The notes below the pieces were generated by a model. The model was not told the origin of the DNA and ran no database searches. It saw only the letters and a list, made by a program, of their open reading frames with translations. The position numbers and the translations under genes are program-made. A stretch of 64,000 nucleotides of DNA from Schizochytrium sp. TIO01 (Eukaryota; Protista; Bigyra: Labyrinthulomycetes): positions 2,800,488 to 2,864,487 of the forward strand of contig SMSO01000035.1 of NCBI GenBank assembly GCA_004764695.1, given 5' to 3'. Positions 55,960 through 64,000 of this stretch are shown here, in pieces (the stretch's first letter is position 1; every line of letters starts with the position of its first letter).

Positions 55960-57010
55960 AAAGAAAGACATATTTTCTCGACAACTACTTGAGAGATATA
56001 AGTTATTCTTGCACCATTCGATCAGAAAAATTATGGAGAGCTGTACTATTGAAGTTCTCAAGAGGAAATCATTCTAAAATTATGAGAAAATACCCTTCCA
56101 GGTATTTGGCAGCAGCCTCCCACTTCTTCAAAACCCCATTATCTCCACAACTACTTTATTGATCATTTAAAGATTTGGATCAGTAGAAAGCGCAAGCAAT
56201 ACCGAATACGGATGATGGCATGTGTGAGAAAAAACAAATCTTTGAAAGTATTTTTCGAACTTTTAAAAGAAAATATTACTCTTTTTTCATATTATTAATA
56301 AGAGAAAGAACTAAACTTAGTACTGTTATAACTTTCTTGATAATATTGTTAGGTCTTTTCGACAAGCACCGTCGGGAAGTACGTCGTTGTTACCACAGGA
56401 TAGTTATAATCGTTGCAAAAAAACAATTTTTCAAGCTTCCGGAAAGAAGCTCCAAGCGATCACTTTATCAGGCAACTGATGGATTATCGAAAGAAAGAAA
56501 GACATATTTTCTCGACAACTACTTGAGAGACACATGTTATTTTTGCACCATTCGATCAGCAAATTTATGGAGAGCTGTACTATTGAAGTTCTCTAGAGGA
56601 AATCATTCTAAAATTACGAGAAAATACCCTTTCAGGCATTTGGCAGCAGCCTCCTACTTCTTCAAAACCCCTTTATCTCCACAACTACTTTATTGATCAT
56701 TTAAAGATTTGGATCAGTAGAAAGTACAAGAAATGTAGAATACGGATGATGACATGAACGAGAAAAAACAAATCTTTGAAAGTATTTTTCGAACTTTTAA
56801 AAGAACATGTTACTGTTCCATATTACTAATAAGAGGAAAGAACTAAACTTAGTACTGTTTTATCTTTCTTGATTAAATTCTTAGGTCTTTTCGCCAAGTA
56901 CCGTCGGGAAGTGCGTCATTGGTACCACAGGATAGTCATGATCGTTGCGAAAAAATATGTTTTCAAGCTTGCGAAAAGAAGCTCCAAGTTATCACTTTAT
57001 TTAAACAAGC
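55960..57010. repeat. Subtelomeric repeat family B, ~537-bp unit, 2 copies
   Basis: aagaaagacatatttt...ctcgacaactacttgagaga at ~55960 and ~56495. Confidence 0.9.
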
Positions 57011-60000
57011 AGTTGAAGGATCTCCACAAGGGACAATATTTCAATAACCACTAAAGATATTAATGTTGCACAAGTATCAACAGAAAGCTGCTTCAATTTG
57101 CAACAGGGAAAATGTGTTTTTTCAGAAAAGCAATACTTTAACATGTGTTTTTACTGACCTTTGAAAGTTATTTCTTGATCTCTCCTATTATTAATAGGGG
57201 GTGGGAAACGAGTTTAGTAGTGTTGTAACTCTATGCATATAATAGATAGAACTTTGCTAGAAGCATCGTCGGATAGCTGAATAATAGTTCAAGTGGGTGG
57301 ATTTGATTTATGAGTGAAACTTTTCTTTCAAGCCTGAGAAAAGAAGCTCTAAGTTGGCACTCTATTTGTGAGCAGAAAAATGATTAGTATAAGGTTCATT
57401 TTCTCAATAACGGGGAAAGATATTACTCATCAGGTGGTACCGTTGGAAAGCAGCTTTAATTGGCAACAGGGTAGATGTGTTTTTTCAGGCGAAATATTTT
57501 TAAATTTATTTTTACTGACCTTTGAAAGTTATTTCTTAGTCGCCCATATCATTAATGGGGAGAAAGAACTGAGTTTAGTAGTGCTCTAATTCTATGAATA
57601 GAATAGAAAGGACTTTGCTATAGGCACCTCTTGATAGAACACGAATTGCTGAGATGTCCGAATTTGATTTGTGCGAAAACAGACCCTGTCAAGCTTGAGA
57701 AAAGAAGCTCCAAGTTATTACTCTGTTTATTGGCAGGACATGGAATTAAATGGTTAGTATAACATTCATTTTCTTAACAACGGGATAATATATTAATTAT
57801 TGAAGTGTACCATTGGAAAGCTGGTTGAATATACAACAGATTGAATGTGTTTTCTCAGAAAAAATACTTTTAACATGCATTTGACTGACCTTTAAAAGTT
57901 ATTTTATTTGTCTCTCATATTATTAATAGGGGGAAGGAACTGGGTTAGTAGTGTTGTATCTCTATAAATACAATCGACAGAGCTTTTCTACAAACATCAT
58001 TCGATAGTTTATGAAGTGTTAAGATGAGTGCATTTGATTTATGAGAAAAATGTTCTTGCAAGCTGGAGAAAAAAAGCCCCAAGTTGTCACTCTATTTGTG
58101 AGCAGGATAGAGAATTGAACGGCTAGCATAAAATTCATTTTCTCAACACCGGGGAAAAATATTAATCATGGAGGGGTACTGTTGGAAAGCTGGGGCAATT
58201 TACAACGGGGTTGAGGTGTTTGCTTAGCTGAAATATTCTTAAAATGTGTTTCTACTGACCTTTGAAAGGTTATTTTTGGTCTCTTATATTATTAATAGGG
58301 GGAGGGAACCGAGTTTAGTAGTGCTTTAACTCTATGAGTAGAGTAAGCAGAACTTTTCTAGAAGCATCGTTCGATAGCGCATAAATTGTTGAGATGAGTG
58401 CATTTGATTTATGAGAGAAAAGCTTTTTGCAAGCTTGAGAAAAGAAGCTCTAAGTTGTCACTCTATTTGATAACAAAAGAAATAAATAAGTGATTAGTAT
58501 AAGATGCATTTTCTCAACAACGGGGAAATATATAAATCATGGAGTGGTACCATTGGAAAGCTGCTTGAAATTACAACAGGGTAGATGTGATTTCTCCGAA
58601 AAAATACTTTTAACATATACTTTTACTGACCTTTGAAAGTTTATTTTTTGTCTCTCATATTATTAATAGGGGGAAGGAACCGACTTTAGTAGTGTTTTAA
58701 CTCTATGAGTAGAGTAAGCAGAACTTTTCTAGAAAAATCATTCGATAGCCCATTACTTGTTGAGATGGCAGCATTTGATTTATGAGAGGAAATCGTTTTT
58801 CAAGTTTGAGAAAAGAAGCTCTAAGTTGTCACTCTTTTTGATAACAAAAGAAAGAATAAAATGATTAGTATAAGATGCATTTTCTCAACAACAGGGAAAT
58901 ATATAAATCATGGAGTGATACCATTGGAAAGCTGCTTGAAATTACAACAGGGTAGATGTGATTTCTCAGAAAAAATACTTTAAACATATAGTTTTACTGA
59001 CCTTTAAAAGTTTACTTTTTTGTCTCTCATATTATTAATAGGGGGAAGGAACCGACTTTAGTAGTGTTTTAACTCTATGAGTAGAGTAAGCAGAACTTTT
59101 CTAGAAGAATCATTCGATAGCGCATGAATTGTTGAGATGGCCGCATTTGATTCATGAGAGAAAATCTTTTTTCAAATTTGAGAAAAGAAGCTCTAAGTTG
59201 TTACTCTATTTGTTGGCAGGATAAAGAATAAAATGATTAGTATAAGATTCATTTTCTCAATAATGAAGCAATATATTAATCATGGAGTGGTACCGTTGGA
59301 AAGCTGTTGCAATTTACAACAGGATGAATGTGTTGGTTCAGAAAAAAATAAAATTATGATTATGTTTTATTGAATTTTGAAAGATATTTCTTTGTTTCTC
59401 ATATTATTAATAGGGGGAGAAATCGAGTTTAGTAGTGTTATAACTCTATAACTAAAACAGGCAGAACTTTGCTACAAGTACCATTCGATAGCTCATAAAT
59501 TTTTGAGATGACCGCGTCTGATTTACGAATAAACATATTTTTGTAAGCTTGAGAAAAGAAGCTCCAAGTTATCATTCTGCTTGTGAGCAGGACAGAGAAT
59601 TAAATGGTTAGTATAAGATCTATTTTCTCAACAACGGGGAAATATATTAATCATGGAGTGGTACCGTTGGAAAGCTGGTTGAATTTACAACAGGTTGAAT
59701 GTGTTGGTTCAGAAAAAATACTTTTAACATATAGTTTTACTGACCTTTGAAAGTTATTTCTTAGTCGCCCATATCATTAATAGGGAGAAAGAACTGAGTT
59801 TAGTAGTGTTCTAACTCTATGAATAGAATAGAAAGGACTTTGCAAGAGGCATCCCTTGTTAGAACATGAATTGTTGAGATGCCCGCATTTGATTTTTGAG
59901 AAAAGAGACCCTGTCAAGCTTGAGAAAAGAAGCTCCAAGTTATCATTCTGTTTGTGAGCAGGACAGAGAAATAAATGGTTAGTATAAGATCCATTTTCTC

Positions 60001-61783
60001 AACAACGGGGAAATATATTAATCATGGAGTGGTACCGTTGGAAAGCTGGTTGAATTTACAACAGGTTGAATGTGTTTTCTCAGAAAAAATACTTTTAACA
60101 TATTGTTTTACTGACCTTTGAAAGTTTATTTTTGGTTTCTCATATTATTAATAAGGAGAAATAACTGAGTTTAGTTGTGTTCTAGCTCTATGAAAAGAAA
60201 AGCCAGAACTTTTCTATAAACAGCACTCAACAGTTCACATTTTAATGCGATACGTGCATTTGATTTATGAGAAAACATGTTCTTGCAAGCTTCAGAAAAG
60301 AAGCTCCAAGTTGCTACTCTATTTGTGAGCAGGATAGAGAATTAAACGGCTAGTATAAAATCATTTTCTCAACAACGGGGAAAGATATTAATGATGGAGT
60401 GGTACCGATGGAAAGCAGATTCAATTTACGACAGGGGAGATGTGTTGGTTCAGAAAAAATAAAATTATGATTATGTTTTATTGTCTTTTCAAAGATATTT
60501 TTTTGTTTCTCATATTATTTATAGGGAGAGAAACCGAGTTTAGTAGTGTTCTAGCTCTATTAATAGAATAGACAGAGCTTTGCCACAAGCCCCACTCGAT
60601 AGCGTATGAATTGTTAAGATCTGTGTATTTGATTTATGAGAAAAAATTTGCTTGCAAGCTCGAGTAAAAAAGCTCCAAGTTGTTATTTTGTTTAATGGCA
60701 GGATAAGAAAACATTTGCTACTATAAGGTTCATTTTCTCAACAATGGGGAAAGATATTAATCATGGCGTGATACCGTTGGAAAGCTGTTAAGATCTACAA
60801 CATGTTAGATGCGTTTTCTCAGAAAAAATACTTTTAAAATATAGTTTTACTAACCTTTGAAAGTTATTCTTTAGTCTCTCATATTATTAATAGGGGGGTG
60901 GAGCCGAGTTTAGTAGTGTCCTAACTCTTTGAGTAGAATATACAGAACTATTCTACAAACACAATTCGTTAGCTCAGGAATTATGGAGATGGCCGCGTTT
61001 GATTTATGAGAGAAAAGCTTCTTGCAAGCTTGAGAAAAGAAGCTCTAAGTTGTTACTCTATTTGTTGGCAGGATAAAGAATAAAATGATTAGTATAAGAT
61101 TCATTTTCTCAATAATGCAGCAATATATTAATCATGGAGGGGTAGCGTTGGAAAGCGGATGCAATTTACCACAGGATAAATGTGTTGGTTCAGAGAAACA
61201 AATAATATGACTATGTTTTATTGACTTTTGAAAGATATTTCTTTGTTTCTCATATTATTAATAGGGGGAGAAACCGAGTTTAGTAGTGTTATAACTCTAT
61301 TACTAAAACAGACCGAACTTTGCTACAAGCACCATTCGATAAATCATGAATTTTTGAGATAACCGCGTCTGATTTATGATTGAAAATATTTTTGCAAGCT
61401 TGAGAAAAGAAACTCCAAGTTGTTCCTCTATTTATTAGCAGGATAAAGGGTAAATTGAATAGAATAAGATTCAATATCCCAACAATGAGATAATATATTA
61501 ATCATCGAGTGGTACCATTGGAAAGCTGCTTGGATTTACAACAGGGTAGATGTGTTTTCTCAGAGAAAATACTTTGAATATATAGTTTTACTGACCTTTG
61601 AAAGTTTAATTTTGGTCTCTCATATTATTAATAGGGGGAAGTAACCAAGTTTAGTAGTGTTCTAACTTTATCAATAGAATAGACAGAGCTTTACTACAAG
61701 CACCATTCGATAGCTTATGAATTGTTAAGATGCGTGTATTTGATTCATGAGAAAAAACTCTTCTTGCAAGCTTGAGAAAATTT

Positions 61784-62249
61784 TGTTGAATGCTGTAGAG
61801 TGACAGAGACTCGAAAGGTTGTTTACTTTTTAGGTTGAGGTTGTATAGTTTGAGGTCTGCTGACATACTGCCGGCAGTGAAGAAGTTATTTCTACTCAGT
61901 CTCTGTTACACATGTCCTTTATTAGTGGCGGCCACCGAGCGGAAAACCGCAACTACTAGTGTTTAGTCCATGTGTCCCTTAGTGAGTATTTGTTTTCTTG
62001 ATGAAGATTCTCCTACGTTCTTTGATACTTTTACAGTGGTATTATGGGTTAATACTCGTGTTCATGTATATAATTCACGAGCATTACGCTAACCCTACTA
62101 CTGCAAAAGGTATAATAAGAAAGTTAAGAGACTCTTTGTTGTCCAATGCTTGACCTTTACCCTAACCCTACCTCTGTAAAAGGTATGATTAGAAAGGCAG
62201 GAGACTCCTTGTTATCCCGACTCGGGACCAACAATTCGTCTAGACAACA
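61784..62249. mobile_element. Probable solo LTR (466 bp)
   Basis: Non-repeat insert that interrupts the family C motif gagaaaa|gaagctccaag. Termini are TGTTG...CAACA. GAAAA lies on both sides (left copy separated by ttt). Confidence 0.7.
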
Positions 62250-62713
62250 GAAAAAAAGCTCCAAGTTGTCACTCTATTTGTGAGCAGGATAAAGAATAAA
62301 TTGATTAGTACAAGATTCATTTTCTCAACAATAAAGCCATGTTTCAATCATTGCGGGGTACCATTGGAAAGCTGTTTAAATTTACAACAGGGTAGATGTG
62401 CTGGTTCAGAAAACAAAAATTATGGTTTTGTTTTTATTAACTTTTGAAAGATATTTCTTAGTCTATCATATTATTAATAAGGAGAAAGAGCTGAGTTTAG
62501 TAGTGTTCTAACTTTATCAATAGAATAGCCAGAAGTTTACTACAAGCACCATTCGATAGCTCATGAATCATTAAAATACGTGTATTTGATTTATGAGAAA
62601 AAACATACTGCAAGCTTGAGAAAAGAAGCTCCAAGTTGTCACTCTATTTGTGAGCAGGATAAAGAATAAATTGATTAGTATAATGTTCATTTTCTCAACA
62701 ATGAGATAATATA

Positions 62714-63075
62714 TGTCAAGAGATAATCTATATATGGGACCGGGGTATACTAGGTATTGACGAGTGGTCATTAGTCACGCCTTTTTATAGCCCTTAACAG
62801 ATTAAGAGTCAAATAGCTGAAACTCTAGGAGATAGAGTTGCCGTATGTTGGTCCCGGGTTCGATCCCCCCATGCTGTAAGTGCCTGGAAAAAGAAGGACT
62901 TACTGGGGGGTAGGGGTGTCCTATTCCTGCTGGGATGTCGAATCAGTCTCTAACCGAAATATGAACCTTTCGCCCAGAGAATGGGGGGGTGTCAAGAGAT
63001 AATCTATATATGGGACCGGGGTATACTAGGTATTGACGAGTGGTCATTAGTCACGCCTTTTTATAGCCCTTAACA
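62714..63075 (+). mobile_element. TRIM / miniature LTR retrotransposon (362 bp)
   Basis: Identical 86-bp LTRs at 62714-62799 and 62990-63075 (TG...CA). 5-bp TSD ATATA. PPT agagaatggggggg at 62976-62989. Putative PBS at 62800-62810. The empty-site sequence is seen in a sister repeat at ~61485-61505. Confidence 0.92.
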
Positions 63076-63510
63076 ATATATTAATCATCTAGCGATACCA
63101 TTGGAAAGCTTAAAACATTTACAACCGGGTAGATGTGTTGGTTCAGCAAAAATAAAATTATGGTTTTGTTTTTATTAACTTTTGAAAGTTATTTCTTAGT
63201 TTCTCATATTACTCATCACCAGAAAAGGGAAACTTTGTAGTGTCATCATTCTATCAATGAAATAGTTAGTACTTTTCTACAAGCACCACTGGAATGCATC
63301 AAAACTCATCGACGATCAACGTTGAATTATGGCGAGAGAATAGTTTTACAAATTAGACATAAGTACTTCCATCATATTATATGCTATTCTTATTGAAGTC
63401 TCCCATATCCACGAATGTCAGCAGGCGCATAAAAACTTTTTATTTTTTAAAAGAAATATTTTCAATTCTTCATTAAAATATTTTTATACTAAAACCATGA
63501 TAAACAATCA

Positions 63511-63660
63511 TAAGGTTAGGCAAGGTTAGGTAAGGTTAGGTAAGGTTAGGTAAGGTTAGGTAAGGTTAGGTAAGGTTAGGTAAGGTTAGGTAAGGTTAGG
63601 TAAGGTTAGGTAAGGTTAGGTAAGGTTAGGTAAGGTTAGGTAAGGTTAGGTAAGGTTAGG
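63511..63660 (+). repeat. Variant telomeric repeat (TAAGGTTAGG)n, 15 units
   Basis: Seen directly; one unit is caaggttagg. Confidence 0.95.
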
Positions 63661-64000
63661 TTAGGTTAGGTTAGGTTAGGTTAGGTTAGGTTAGGTTAGG
63701 TTAGGTTAGGTTAGGTTAGGTTAGGTTAGGTTAGGTTAGGTTAGGTTAGGTTAGGTTAGGTTAGGTTAGGTTAGGTTAGGTTAGGTTAGGTTAGGTTAGG
63801 TTAGGTTAGGTTAGGTTAGGTTAGGTTAGGTTAGGTTAGGTTAGGTTAGGTTAGGTTAGGTTAGGTTAGGTTAGGTTAGGTTAGGTTAGGTTAGGTTAGG
63901 TTAGGTTAGGTTAGGTTAGGTTAGGTTAGGTTAGGTTAGGTTAGGTTAGGTTAGGTTAGGTTAGGTTAGGTTAGGTAGGTTAGGTTAGGTTAGGTTAGGT
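63661..64000 (+). repeat. Telomere (TTAGG)n
   Basis: Near-perfect G-rich pentamer array running to the window end. Confidence 0.98.

Larger units (their letters stand above)
57010..63400. repeat. Subtelomeric repeat family C, ~360-371-bp diverged unit, roughly 15 copies (LORE-TEARS-like telomere-rDNA spacer)
   Basis: Recurring gagaaaagaagctc(c/t)aagtt and ggtaccgttggaaagc at ~370-bp spacing. Confidence 0.9.

Noticed and set aside
56220-56696. 158-aa ORF in subtelomeric repeat B
   Set aside because: The frame is not preserved in the adjacent repeat copy and the sequence is AT-rich satellite.
62840-62880. tRNA gene at GGTTCGATCC
   Set aside because: No cloverleaf can be formed. It is only a T-arm/B-box-like motif inside the TRIM.

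Overview
Right end of a eukaryotic chromosome. The 18S sequence looks like a thraustochytrid (Aurantiochytrium-like; judged by eye, not by database search). The window ends in a (TTAGG)n telomere. Before it lie ~9 kb of 370-540-bp subtelomeric tandem repeats containing a solo LTR and a young 362-bp TRIM. There are two diverged 18S-5.8S-28S rDNA units, three identical 5S genes plus a 5S fragment, and three tRNAs. The main signal, missed by the ORF track, is three spliced genes whose N-termini are arrays of 84-nt phase-2 exons, each encoding one 28-aa ribonuclease-inhibitor-like leucine-rich repeat (7, 7 and 20 exons). They carry different C-terminal modules: Roc-COR-TIR (7055-12601 +), kinase plus RING/IBR (28836-35192 -), and a short helical tail (37032-45138 +). 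Introns and LRR scaffold codons are near-identical between repeats, while the codons for the exposed beta-strand, which straddle the splice junction, differ in almost every exon. Two of the genes sit in a 5S-LRR gene-rDNA cassette. This looks like a subtelomeric, rDNA-linked, exon-shuffling LRR receptor diversification system, a candidate protist immune repertoire. Function is inferred.
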